NCBI GenBank assembly: GCA_026770705.1
Contig: JANJGN010000021.1
Span: forward strand, 100,316,001-100,380,000
Length of the DNA stretch: 64,000 nt
Direction of reading: 5' to 3'
Source of the DNA: Isurus oxyrinchus
Lineage: Eukaryota
Part shown: one piece after another, positions 35,720 through 48,699 of the stretch
How positions within the stretch are numbered: position 1 is the stretch's first letter
Layout: each line of letters opens with the position of its first letter
The notes under the pieces: generated by a model
Databases searched by the model: none
The model's input: the letters and a program-made list of their open reading frames with translations, nothing else
What the model was told of the DNA's origin: nothing
Program-made: the position numbers and the translations under genes

Positions 35720-35810
35720 TTAAGTTGACTTTGCTCTCGCGCTGTGGCTGAAACATGCAACAATGTAAATAAGTAACTTGAAATCAATATTATTGCCTAA
35801 ATATATCTAC
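35720..35810 (+). promoter_or_regulatory. Candidate liver-type C4 proximal promoter
   Basis: HNF4-like TTGACTTTG 35725, FOXA-like GTAAATA 35765, HNF6-like AAATCAATA 35781, C/EBP-like TTGCCTAA 35793, then AT-rich TAAATATA, all 100-180 bp before the ATG. Confidence 0.45.
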
Positions 35811-35902
35811 AAAAAATTGCTGCAGCACAGTCAGGTTGACACGGAGAGATCATTTATCCAGCTTTCCCCTTGCCTGCATGGTTTGGGCCAATTTTTACAA
35901 CA

Positions 35903-35967
35903 ATGGGGCTATTGCTCTTTCTCCTGTGGTGCTCTGTGTTTATATCTCCAGCCGAACAATCACCGTC
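35903..35967 (+). CDS. C4: Complement C4 exon 1 (signal peptide)
   Basis: MGLLLFLLWCSVFISPAEQSP then TC|gtaagt, phase 2. Confidence 0.85.
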
Positions 35968-36129
35968 GTAAGTATGCTGTGTAATGTGATCGCTTAAAAC
36001 TGCTTCTAATCACACAATACGAAGAGTAACATCAATTTGGGTTATATTCCTCCTTCTGAAAAGATATAAGGGTGCTCATCTATTCCTCTACAGACGCAAA
36101 CTCTTAGTTACATCTTCCCAAATGAGCAC

Positions 36130-36470
36130 AAGGCATTGCGTTGTTCCAAATCAATTGGATTTCAGGTTAGAGTTTAAACCGAGGTCCAGAGTGCCCAGTT
36201 AGCAGGATGTGAACGTACACCAGGTAGTATTCGAGGAGGACCAGGCGAGATCTGCGCAGGGTCCTGACCGGCAATATTCACCCCTCTTCTGAAAGCACTA
36301 CAATATGTTATATGGTCCGTTATTTCCTGTTTGTGGAATCTTCATCTGTGCACATGACCTGCTGCAATTCTCTGCAATACAGGAGCGACTGCACTGCAGA
36401 AGTACTTTATTGATTGGCTGGGAATTCGGGGGTCCTTATAAGCACCATCTAAATGCAAGACTCCCTTTAA
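36130..36470 (+). mobile_element. Old SINE fragment (DeuSINE-like) in C4 intron 1
   Basis: Diverged reverse-complement similarity to 27968-28380 and 28900-29215; ends CTAAATGCAAG. Confidence 0.45.
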
Positions 36471-37102
36471 TTTCTCTTGCTGATCTGGCAGCTGTTAGCT
36501 CCAATAGAATCTGAACACCACGATTAGCCTAAATGCCTCGTGTTGTCAATCCGAAGAGGTCACTTTCCATTATTAGTGAGAACACAGTCACAAGACTGGA
36601 AAAGTTACATAATCTTCCTAAGGCGGAGTTGTTGTACTTGTTCTGTTGGACTTGTGCAATTGCAATGTGGGTTTATTGCGAATCGATTCCGATTCGAACT
36701 AATTAAAACATAACGTTACCGAAAGCGAAAACATGATTTAAGATAGTGCAACTCAGCTGTTCACTTATACCGTAGTTATATACCAGCTAATCCTGCAGTT
36801 ACCAGTCTGAGATGAAGGTTTGGTGAAGGTACAAGGCAGCCAGCTGAAAATCGAGCTTTACAAAGACTGAACTTAATGGTGGAGAGGTTGGACAATGTAG
36901 GGCTATGCTCCCTCCGGAGTTCTCCATGTTGTAAGTCCTAACCTAAGCGCAAGAATCATGCAAACCCTATAAAAAGGCTGAAAACTTAGGGAGCGCATGG
37001 GGAAATTCGCCGCCATAATTCTCTGTGTATGTGTGTGTTCTTCAGTGAAGAGTTCCACGTTGCAAGTTGGTTGAAGCATACTTAACTTGTCAATTTTCCT
37101 AG

Positions 37103-37295
37103 CTACTTAATTACTGCCCCCAACATTATTCATGCCGGGGTGGAAGAGACTGTCGCCATTCAGCTGGATGGAGCAGCAAAGTCTGTTAAAGTCAAAGTTT
37201 ACTTATTTGACCTCTTGACGTACAGTCCATGTTCAGACGAAGTTGTTTTTGAACTAAATGCTGCGAATAACTACCGTCAAATTAAAAATATAATC
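37103..37295 (+). CDS. C4: Complement C4 exon 2 (MG1)
   Basis: ttttcctag|C; YLITAPNIIHAGVEETVAIQL...SPCSDEVVFEL...NII|gtaagt; phase 2/0; PCS Cys as in C4. Confidence 0.9.
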
Positions 37296-38226
37296 GTAAG
37301 TAGCAATATGTTAACTTATTAAAGTGAAACGTAACCACATGTTCCATTTGGATACTTTTACATATTATTTTAGCAAAGTGTACAATTTCACTGCATTACA
37401 AAGTCCGAGGTCGTTACTATGTTGATGTTACTCTGCCCTCATTCACGATGATGCACTAAATGAGAAAACAAGCAAAGGACATTGGTTACTTATTTGGAAA
37501 GCTTGATGCCATTGGCAGGCACCTCTGCCAACCACTGTGTGAAGGATTCTTGAATTTGCAAACACTAAAGGATATAGTACTGCACTGGAGAAACTATTAT
37601 CTGTGTTCAAGATATTTAATAACACTATTCCATGAATTTAATCGATTTAGTTCCAGCTGCCAAAATAATTTTCTGGCATAATAAAGACGAATTCATACGG
37701 ACAGTATCATGGATGCAGTGACTTGCATTAGCTGTCTAACATTAATATTATAAGCTGCGAAGAGCACAGGGCCCATATTCTAAATGCAGTGGGAGCTCAT
37801 TTCAAATTACTTCACAATTAAGGAAGATGGTGCTCGCACAGGAACCAATGCTTTAGTCATTTTTACCATTATTGAATGAACACTAATCTCCAATGGCTTT
37901 CCCAATTCGGAAGTCAATGTGGGGAGTAAATGTTACCTAATTCAAAAATTAAGGAAGCAGCATTACTTACCATGCCTTAGAAATTGGTTTATTGTACATA
38001 TTAGTGTCATCTGACCTGGAGATGGTGACATACTGGCTAGCCGAGCTAAGCATGTGACAAGCTATTGGCCAGATATGCCACCTGTTGATGATATCTGCTG
38101 CCCTTGCTGTAGTATATTGCCTCTGATAACGTCACACAATGAATAGGCCATGATGTGACTCAGCGAAATATATAAGTGAACTAGCCAGTTGTACCACTAT
38201 TGACCTCCACTGTGTCAAACCCACAG

Positions 38227-38407
38227 GCCATTCCTGATCGTATCGAGAAAGCTAATATTTGGTTACGTAAAGAGAAATACGTTTCTCTTGCTGCTGAATG
38301 CCCAGAACTGTTTTCAGGAAGGAGAATGGTTCCCATCTTGCTGTCATCTAAAAGGGGCTATATATTCATTCAGACTGACAAACCTATATATACCCCCAAT
38401 GAAAATG
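38227..38407 (+). CDS. C4: Complement C4 exon 3
   Basis: AIPDR...ILLSSKRGYIFIQTDKPIYTPNEN G|gtgagt; phase 0/1; QTDKPIYTP thioester-protein motif. Confidence 0.92.
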
Positions 38408-38869
38408 GTGAGTAATATAATGATGCACATGTTTCAATATTTGCATTAATCTAAGAGTATCCAGAAGAAAAGCCAAAAGCTGCTGCTATCCCTATCGGCT
38501 GAGTGGATTAGGCTCTGCTCCCTTTGCCTATCTGATAATGAAAACTTTGCTACCTCTGGGCACCAAGAAGTAACACTTCTTAATATTTCTTAATATCATA
38601 GTCAATTGCAGCATTATCAACTGGCACTTTGTAAAGTTAACACTCTTGTGAATTGCTGACTGAATTCAATGATAAATCTTGCATTTGCTGAGTAAAAATC
38701 TGAACACGTAAACAACGACTGTCATATTTACCTTCATGCGGGTGCGAATGCTGTCTTCAATGTTAGATTTTCACTAGGCATTTTACGCAGTGACTTAACA
38801 GGTAGGATGCTGTAAAACTAATTTACCTCACTGAATTCACTACGAATAAATGTAGAGTATAATCAGTCA

Positions 38870-39650
38870 TACACCTAGCCAGCATAGCAGGAAGCCATTC
38901 GGCCCGTCCTGCCTATTCCAGCTCAATGAAAGTTTTATCCACGCCCCTCTTTCCCGTCTTCCTTAATGCCCCTACTCTCCACATCCGCTTCCCTTTTTTT
39001 GTAAGTGCATATCCAATTCTCTTTTGAAAGTTTCAATTTAATCTATGCCCATCACTTTTTCAAGCAGTGCATTCCGGACCATGAAAACTCGCTGTGCGAA
39101 ACAATCCTTCACATCTGTCCGTAGATTCCTCTGTCAGCGATCTTACCTCCTTACCATCCACCAAACCTGTCCTTACCTTGCTCTACTCCAAGGAGAACAA
39201 TCACAGCTTTTCTCGTCTTTCCGTGTAGCTGAAATCCCTCATCCCTCGTACCATTCTGGAATATCCCTTCTGCTTTCATTCCTAGGCCTTGAAATTGTTC
39301 TTAATACGCGGTGCCCCGGAAGTGTACACAATTCGGCAGCTCAGTTTAATCAGAGGTTTATAATATTCAGCATGACTTTCTCGCACGCGTTCTTGGCTCT
39401 AATCATGAAGCCGAGAATGTTCTAAGCTTTTTAGCGGCCTTATCAAGTTGTCCTGCCACCTTCTAATATCTGTTTATTATGTTAACTCCTCCAAGCCTCT
39501 CTGCTCCTGCGCACCCTTCCAAATTGTACCATTTCGTTCACGTAGCCTGGCCCACTTCTTCCTTCCAAAATGCATCATTTGACATATCTCTGCATTAAAT
39601 TAAATTTGCCACTTGTCAGCCCAATTCACAGGTCTTCCTTAGTCCTCCTC
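38870..39650 (-). mobile_element. Degenerate CR1 3' fragment in C4 intron 3
   Basis: AGCAGGAAGCCATTCGGCCC 3' end and reverse-strand CTTCCTTCCAAAATGCATCA (MHFGR-type remnant). Confidence 0.7.
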
Positions 39651-40397
39651 AGTCCCAACCACCACCCCCCTCCCCCAGCGCACCTCATGATTTTCAGTTC
39701 TATTCTCTTGCATAGAAGGAGAGACGTTTAACCAATCAGATATCACCAGCTTTACATTTTTGACGAAATCCCAAGTTTCCCCCAGTCAGTTCTCAATATT
39801 TCCATTACACTCACCTTATGTGACGCACTAAACGTGTTACAGTTACTCTGTACCGGGTCTCACATGCAGGAATATCAGGCCAGTGACCCGGAGCTTGGTC
39901 AAAGAAACGGCGTTTGAAGGGGCGGCTCATAGGAGGAAAGAACGGCAAAGAGGAGGGCAGGCATTTAGGGAAGCAATTCTCGAGCCTAAGCAGTTGGAGG
40001 CGTGGCCACCACAGAATAAAACCCGGAATGCTCAAGGAACCAGAATTGGTGGAGCGCAGAGATCCAGGAGATGCAGAGCATCTAGTGATCTGAGGCAAGG
40101 GCGATTTTGGACGTAGAAATAAGCGGTCTCAGTCACTGTGCGGATGTGTGGAAGCCGCCCTATCGCTCCTAAAATAGGACAGGCTCCTAAATAAGATAGA
40201 TTCCTTGTTAAAATGACGAAGTGACAGTTCTCCAGCCCAGCGATTACAAACGCTCAGCGTTTCTCACGGTGACATGGAATACTGAAGCTCATTTTTTTCT
40301 AGCTCAGTTAATGCTATGGTTCATTCAAATGCACTTCCTTTAATCTTTAAAGATCAAAGTGTTGAGTGGAGTCCATTCGTTTTATTTTACATTATAG

Positions 40398-40468
40398 TGT
40401 TTTACAGGATCTTTACACTCGATCACTATATGAGACCAGTGAAGGAGATTGTGAAAGTAACTATATAC
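40398..40468 (+). CDS. C4: Complement C4 exon 4
   Basis: attatag|TG; VFYRIFTLDHYMRPVKEIVKVTIY|gtaagt; phase 1/0. Confidence 0.9.
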
Positions 40469-41262
40469 GTAAGTACATTTGGGTTTTCGCTTACATGCTC
40501 TTCAACTATACTTTATTAATCGGAAAAATGGAACAAACACCATTATTTCAATTTCCAACTGATGATCTTTATTAGCTTTGTTGTTCTATTTCATCAGTAG
40601 TCAGTAGCATTCAACATATGTTAAAAATGATAGTGTTAATGATCTTAACTTATGTCTGTGCAGAATGGAACGAGGCCTCTCGGATCACATATGTTCTCCT
40701 CTAGTTTACGGTTACCAATGCATTAAATAACAGAAATAATTACAAATGTGACGTTGTTTCGGATTCCCAGCTATTTTCTGCATGCCGACTAGCTTTTTTA
40801 AGCAGATATTTAACATGTTAATTTATCGAATTTCACTATCAACTTTATTCCTCTAACAATGGCATCTGAACCAATATAGATCTAATATGTAGCTTGGCTT
40901 CCATCGAACAATTGCTGGGGGGGTGGGGGGGGGGGGGTGGGGTGGGGGTGGGGGAGGGTGGGGGGGATGCTGGGGGGTGGGGTGGTGTGTGGGTTGGGGG
41001 TGGGGTGGGGAGCTCTCCTAGTTCCATCACCGTAGCTACGGCAGAGACCGAGGACCACAGTTTTAACGATTGCTGCACTTAGCCGATCGCTGTCCAAGTG
41101 ACAGTGAGGTATGGGAGAATTCCGCGGAGATTCGACCTCTTGGTCGTCAGGTAAGCAAGATCTAATATGGCCTTGCGCGGACTCAATTGTCGAGCAGGAG
41201 CAGCTTTGCGAACGGTGACCGAGGTTAAGCCCAAATCTGAATGCATCGAATTTCCCTGTTAG

Positions 41263-41348
41263 AACTCCAGAAATATGCAGTTCCCCAGCTTTCTCCTGAA
41301 GTCAGGAATCGGGGACGCTTCGAAAATAAAGATTCCGGATATCGCCAG
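41263..41348 (+). CDS. C4: Complement C4 exon 5
   Basis: ctgttag|; NSRNMQFPSFLLKSGIGDASKIKIPDIA AG|gtgagt; phase 0/2. Confidence 0.85.
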
Positions 41349-41675
41349 GTGAGTACTAACAATATTTCAGAGACAAAACTTTTAGCTGGGTAAGAGTGAA
41401 TGTTTATCTTTTGAGCGCTTCCACTTGTTTTATTTTCAAAACGAGAACGCGCCGGTTTCTGTAGGTTTGTTGCTCGGTGAACATCGAGCCTGTTGCTAGA
41501 AATGTAAGGCAGAAGGAACCTTCTAACAAGCTGTTCTCTCCAGGCTGCAAGATTTTTTGCCAAGTTAAACATTAACAGCTGATTCAATCGTTCCTAGTTA
41601 TACGATTTCGTCACCATATTGTGGAGACCGGAAATCTAAACTAAACGATTGAAATTGGCCTAACCACCGTCTGCA

Positions 41676-42610
41676 GCTTCATCAATGACTTTCCCTCCAT
41701 CAGAAGGTCAGAAGTGGGCATGTTATCTGATAACTGTACAACATTCAGTACAATTCAGGACTCAGATCCTGAAGCCAGCCGTGCCTGCCGGTAGCAAGAC
41801 TCGGACAATCTTCAGGTTTGGCCAATAAGTGGCAAGTTACAATTACCCAGGCAATGCCCCTCTCCAACAACAAATAATTTCAGCATTCCACACGTGATGT
41901 TCATCGACTTCACCATCGCTGACTTTCCCCAACATCAACTTCCTGAGGCTTACCATTGACCAGTAACTGAACTAAGTCAGCCGTGTAAATATTGTGGCTA
42001 TAGGAGCAGGTCAGAGGCTGAATATTCTGCAGCGAGTAATTCACCTCCTGACTCCTCAAAGCTTGCCCACCATCTACAAGCCGTAAGTCAGGAAACACTT
42101 TCCACTCATTTGGAGTGCATCTCCAACAGCATTCAAGAAGCTTGCCACCATCCAGGACAAAGTACTTCACTGGCTCAGCACCACATCCGCCATCTTAAAC
42201 ATCCACTCCCTCCACCACCGCCGCATAGTCGCAGCAGTGTGTACCGTTTACAAGATGCACTACAGGAACCCATCCAGCATCATTCACACCCCATGAACGA
42301 GTACATGAAACAGTAAATAAAAAGCAACAACTTCCAAACCCACGGTCTCTGCCATCTAGAAGGACAAGGGAAGCAGGCACACGGGAACACCACCCCTTGC
42401 AAGTTCCCCTCCAAGCCGCTCACCATCCTGACTTTAACCAATATCGCTGTACCTTCGCTGTCTAAATCATGGAACTCCCTTCCCAAAAGCGCTGTACATG
42501 CATCTACACCACATGAACTACAAGGGTTCACGCAGGCGGCTTCCCAACACCTGGTTGAGCGCAATTATGGGTAGGCGACGAAAGCTGGCCTTTCCAGCGG
42601 CCCTTGTATC
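41676..42610 (+). mobile_element. CR1/L2-group LINE, RT end to 3' tail
   Basis: CAGCTTCATCAATGAC..., followed by the 3' region shared with 48700-49030. Confidence 0.8.
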
Positions 42611-43379
42611 CCTTCAGCAATTAGAAAAGTGCGCAATTTGGAAGTTATTACAAAGGTTATACCGCACATAAACAGGCCAATTGGCTCGCTTGCCTGTCAG
42701 AAGGGTTGGCAGAATAAAAAACAGCATTTAACAGCTAAAAAAATTGAGGCAGAAATTAGCATGAGAGAAAGTTAATTTGAAATATAAAAACAGATATCAA
42801 GAGTTTCTACATGTATTTATAAAGGGAATGAATAATTAAAGGGAGAGTTTGCCCTTTAGAAAATGATCCAATGGAGTCTTCTCACATTCCATATTCTTCA
42901 TTTTTGCCTGCAAGCATATATTCATATTCACCTTTCTCTCGTAAGCCTGTCTGTACGCACACAGGTACACACACGCGCACACACATATGTATGTGTATAT
43001 GCACCATCCTTCAACAGTTGCGCCTAATGTGAGTGCATGCGCAATTCTGTGAGTAAGGGCATTTCAGGTTTTGGGTCCAGTGACAATGAAGGAAGAGTGG
43101 CATAGTTCTGTGTCAGTACCGCATGTGACATTGAGGGGAACCCGATGTTCCTATGTATCCGCTACCCCCGCCTTTCTAGTTGGTAGAGGCCGCGGTTGTG
43201 GCATGTGGTGTCGGAATAACCTGGGTGAGCTGCTGCAATGCACCTTGGAGATGGCACACACTGCTGCCATTAGGAGCTGCTGCTGGAGTCAGTGAATATT
43301 TAAGGTAGTGGAAGGGGCGCCCATCAAGCTTTGCCGAGCTTCTGGGCCGTTGTTGTGAAATTAGGTGGAACTGTACGGC

Positions 43380-45557
43380 AATGGAGAACCGTACAGAGTG
43401 GCAGACATTTATGGAGATATTTCATAACATTCAGCAACAATGTATTCCAATAAAAAAGGAAGACTCTAAGAGAAGGTTGCATGGTCGATTTCTAACTAAG
43501 GAAGTTAAAGTTAGTACCAAATTTGAAGAAAAGAATGTACAATCCTGCGAAGATTAGTGATAGGTCAGAAAGTTTGACAGAATTTTAAAAAACAGCAAAC
43601 AACGACTAAAAAAATTAAGGAGGGAGAAATTAGCACATGAGAGAATGATAAATAGAAATATAAAACAGATATCAATAGTTTGTACAAGCATTTATAAAGA
43701 TAATGAGTAATTAAAGGGAGAGGTTGCCCTTTAGAAAATGATAATGGGGAATTAATAATGGGAAATAAGGAAATGTTGAAAATGTTGAACAGATATTTTG
43801 TGTCTGTCTCCACTGTTGAAGACACAGATAACATCCCAGAAATACTTGTACAACAAAAGGTGAAAGGGAGGGAGTAACTCAAAGCAATCACAATCACCAG
43901 GGAAAATGTATTGAGAAAAATATTAGAAATGAAGCCTAAGAAGTGCACAGGACCCGATGGCTTGCATTCTGGGGTCTTTAAAGAAGTGGCTGAAGAGAAA
44001 GTAGGTGCATTGATCGTAATTTTCCAAAGTACTCTAGATTCTGCCAAGGTCCCCTCAGATTAGAAAATAGTGAATCTAACTCTTCAAGAAAGGAGGGAGA
44101 CCGAAAGCAGGGAAGTACAGGCCAGTTATCCAAACATCTGCCATAGGGGAAATGCTCAAATCTATTATTATGGAGGTCATGGCAAGATACTTAAAAGATT
44201 AATGCAACCAGGCAGAGCGAACAGGGATTTGTGAAAGGGAAATCACATTTGACTAATTCATTAGAGCTGTTTGAGGGGGAAAAAAAGCAAGGTGTTTTTG
44301 AGGAATTCATATGTGTGCTCTGGCTGAAGGGGAACCAGTGGATGTACCGTACTTAGATAGCCAGAAGGCATTGATAAAGTGCCACATCAAAGGTTAATGT
44401 GTAAAGTAAAAGCTCATACTATAGAGGGTAACGTATTAGCTTGGATAGAAGTTTGGCTAGCCGACAAGAAAAGGAGAGTAGGCAGAAATAGGTCATTTTC
44501 AAGCTGGCAAGTTGCAGCTAGTGGAGTACCACAGAGGTCAGTGCTGGGGCCTCAACTATTTACAATCTACATCTAATCTATATCAATCTATATCTATATA
44601 TCTTAAACGAATGGGACAGAATGCATGGTTGTTAACTTTGCTCATGACACGCAGGTAGGTAGGGTAGTAGGTCTGAAGGACATATAGGAGTCTGCAGATG
44701 AATATAGATAGGTTAAGTGAGTGGACAAAATCTTTGCAGGTGGAGAATAATGTAGGAAAATGTGAGCATGTCCACTTTGGCAGGAAGAATAGAAAATCAG
44801 CATATTATCTGAATGGAGAGAGATTGCAGAACCCTGCAGTACAAGGGGGATGTAGATGTCCTAGTACATGAATCACAAAAAGTTGGCATGTGGATACAGC
44901 AAGTGATTAACAAGGCAAGTGGAACGTTAGTGTTTATTGCAAGGGGCCTGGAGTATAAAAGTAGGGAAGTTTTGTTATACTTGTACTTGGCTTTGGTGAT
45001 ACTACATCTGGAGTACTGTGTACAGTTTTGGCCTCCTTACTTAAGAAATAATAAAATTGCATTCAAAGCAGTTCAGGCTGATTCCTAGGATGAACCGGTG
45101 ACTTTATGAAGGAAGGCTGTACAGGGTAGGCCTTTATTCATTGGAGTTTAGAAAAATTAGGTGAACTTATTGAGACATATAAAATCCCTAGGCGACTTAA
45201 CAGGGTGAATGTTGAGAAGATGGTTCCCCTTGTACTAGACACTAGAACTAGGGTCATAGTTTAAAATAACGGGTCTCCTACAGAAGATGGAGATGAGGCG
45301 ATTTTTTTTCCCTCTCTCAGAATGTCTAGTATGTAAAATTATCTCCCCCATGGAGCAGTGGAGGCAGCTTCGTTAAATATTTTTAAAGTCTGAGTTAGAT
45401 AGATTTGTGATTAACAAGAGAGTCAAATGTTATAGGGGGTAGACAGGAAAGCAGAGTTGAGGCCACAGTCAGATTCACCCTGATCTTATTAAATGGTGGA
45501 GCAGGCTTGAGGGACCGAAAGGCCTACTCCAGCTCCTAATTCGTACGTTAGTATGTT
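43380..45557 (+). mobile_element. CR1 ORF2 (RT) fragment, about 2.2 kb, in C4 intron 5
   Basis: GPDGLH, PHQRLMCKVK, SGVPQRSVLGPQLFTIYI, HLEYCVQFW motifs; CR1 3' UTR. Confidence 0.9.
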
Positions 45558-45947
45558 TGTTGGAGCTGCAGTCGTCAATCACACTGCTGACCACCTGGAG
45601 AAAATGAAAGATCGATTGTAATGCATAATGTCCCACCAGTTCGTGACCACTTGCTTTTCAGTTGCTGATGAAAGTCAAAGTTGCCCCAAGTGGAAAGCAG
45701 CCAGAAATGTAATGGATAGAAATTCGCTCTGGGCGTTAGCAAGCAATTGATCACATTATGTGTGTCATTCGCTCGCCCTCAATGGAACTAAAGATCAGAT
45801 GGGAGGCCAATGCAATACTTCTGTTGAGCTTTTCTGTCCTATGCATTTATCTTTTCTATATATTTATTTTTATCATCGATGTATAACCATTGTGAAACAA
45901 AGCCGAGATAAACACTGAAGAATGTTCTGTTTACCTTTCCTAAACAG

Positions 45948-46030
45948 GCCTGGCAATTGGCGAATTGAGGTGCAGTTTGAAGGTTCACCAATGTCCATGG
46001 TATCTGCACAATTTGAGGTCAAAGAATTCG
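45948..46030 (+). CDS. C4: Complement C4 exon 6
   Basis: taaacag|G; PGNWRIEVQFEGSPMSMVSAQFEVKEF G|gtaacc; phase 2/1. Confidence 0.9.
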
Positions 46031-47179
46031 GTAACCTTTATTACATTTACACTTGCATTGCAAAGAAAGATTGATGAATCATTTCCAGTTGCCAAGTATC
46101 CGAGTTACGTTTGAAACTTTTAAAATGTGTGTAAACTTTACGTCAGGTTGTAGACTGAGGCGTTTTTTTTTACCGATCATATATACAAACTTCATGAAGG
46201 GAAAGAAGAGTTCAATTAAGCCAAACATTTCTCTGGCTGCCTACAACTATACATAGAGATAGCTTGCACAGTCATTGCTTGGGGTGTTAAGTCCCCAGGG
46301 TCAATTTTCACTTTCACCAACGAGAGAAAGGCAAGAGAAACCGGATCAGGTTCCGGACTTACACGTCGCATGAATTGTGTTTGCCTTGATGAGGTTCAGG
46401 CTCCTAACTTGGCTTGTGACCTGACCCGTCACCACATAATATTAAGGATTAAAAAAAAAACATTTCACATCATAACTGGAGACACGGGATTAATAATCAA
46501 ATATTGGGTGAACAGCAAATGGCATCTGCTTTGAGGTCTGTAAGCAATGCAGTGTGCAATTCAAATTAATAAGGCTTGGTGTTTTTCAGCTTTATATTTT
46601 GTCAATAGTTACCTACTTGTCTTAAAGTCTGCTGAGAAATGATGCCTCTGGCAGATATTCCAAAACAATCATCTTAAAATTGTTGGTTTTGAAATTTGAG
46701 CAGGATTTCGTTGGAAGAAAAAAATAACATATCACTAATGAGTTTAATTGCTTATTTTATGCAGCCAATATGTTAATTTACTAAAAGACTTAACTGGCAG
46801 AAGCATTTTAACCCCAGGAGTGCCATTACCAGTGTGATTCATATTCTGAAAGAGATATGTATCAATCTTTTCTGTATGTTTTGTCAAGGGAAGCACTTTT
46901 CTATTTGAAACGTAGCAGGGTACATCTAATATTGGAATTATATAGAATACGCTACTGACACTAATGGGAAGTAAATGGAGTTGGTGAACAATGGGCTGAC
47001 CATCTGATATCGCATCGTTTTCGAGTATTGTAAAAAGTTGCAACTATCGCTGAGGAATGTAAATTCTCTGCACGTTCTCTTGATTACATTACATTTCTAC
47101 AACTTGAGGATTGTGTTTCCCATTATGTTCACTTGCTATGAATTTGCTCGACTATATTTGAGCCAATCATGTTTCTTAG

Positions 47180-47267
47180 TTCTCCCTAGCTTCAAAGTCG
47201 AGGTGAAGGCGGAAGAAATGTTTTATCTGATAACAAAGGATGGTTTCAAATTTGAAATTTTGGCAGA
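47180..47267 (+). CDS. C4: Complement C4 exon 7
   Basis: tttcttag|TT; VLPSFKVEVKAEEMFYLITKDGFKFEILA GA|gtaagt; phase 1/2. Confidence 0.9.
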
Positions 47268-47344
47268 GTAAGTAAAATACCGTTTTCAAAAAAAACGAAC
47301 AAAACTGCTACTAGCTTATTATATGATTAGAATTGAAATAAAAG

Positions 47345-47745
47345 GTTGGTGGCGCAGTGGCAGTGTCAATGGGATAGCAATTCAGAGGCTCAGGCTAATG
47401 CTCTGGAGGGCACGGATTGAAATCCTACCATGGCAGCTGGTGGAATTTGAATCCTGTTCATAAAGCTGGAATTATACTCTCAGTAATGGTGACCATGAAA
47501 CTATTCATTCGTCATCGTACAAGTCGTCTGTTTCACTAATGACCTTTTGGGAAGGAAATCTGCCTTTCTTACTTGGTCTGGCCTACATGTGACTCCAGAC
47601 CCACAGCAATATGCTTGACTCTTAACTGCCCTCTGAAATCGCCTAGCATGCCACTCAGTGCAAGGGTAATTAGGGAGGGGCAACAAATGCCGGTCTTGCC
47701 AGCGATGCCCACATCTCACCAAAGAACAAAGAAAGAAAAAAAATA
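47345..47745 (+). mobile_element. tRNA-derived SINE, full length
   Basis: GGTGGCGCAGTGG head, LINE-shared tail AAGGGTAATTAGGGAGGGGCAACAAATGCCGGTC, A-rich end; another copy at about 50945-51275. Confidence 0.8.
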
Positions 47746-48699
47746 GTTCCACACCAGAACAGCAAGTTGAAACGGCCTCTGATAGATTTCTTAATTGTTC
47801 TTAGCATGTGAGAAATGGTGAAAAGTTAGCATACAGTGCCTACCCCCAATTGCCTTGACATGGTACACATGTCTTACTTCTTCAACTGTTGCAGCCTTGA
47901 TGTTCACACCTCTCCAACAATGCTGTTAGATCAGGAAACCTGGCCTTTCAATATGGTGTAAATCAAAGAATGGGAACCCATTCCTGAATCAGTTTAAGTG
48001 TGAGCATTAAGCATAATGGAGATCACGGCGCTTCACAACATTACACTTCTTGACCTTCTCAGTGTTAGAGGTCAAAAGTCAGGAAACTCCGTCAATGGAC
48101 GGTTGGTAAGTTGCCACATATCCCCCTGTACAGTGCTTACTGAAACCATAGTGTGTTGGTGGGAGAGGAGGACATTGAGCTGCTTTCACATTATTACAAA
48201 TGTATTCATCCACTTGAATGATGAACATTCCACCACATTACTGATTTGCAATCTTAAAGACTGTAGGGGTACTCCTCAACGTTAGCAGCTCAGCCACATA
48301 ATGCAAGGTACTTAACCCCTGTCCAATTGTTCCATGTTGGTCAGGTTATGCTTCTGGTTAGTGTTAGAGATGATGCTGGTACTGAGGATCAGGAACTGCA
48401 AATGGGCTTTCAGTCTCGGAGCCTGCTAGCCATATGACATGAACGTTTCCTGCCACATGTTATCCAAGCCTGTGTGTTGTCCAGCCCCTGTTCCAGTCCC
48501 ACACAGGCTGCTGCGCTACTAGAACAAAATGTGAATGAAGGTGAAAAACCTGGAGCCAATGGTACGTTGATTCCAATCGCGAAGTTATGACTGTTATCAC
48601 GGTCAGCTTCTTCCCACAAATAATTCGCAATATTAGAATAGGCCTCTTGATAGGAATCATGACTCTATCAGAAATTATACCATCTGCAAAAGGCACTGC

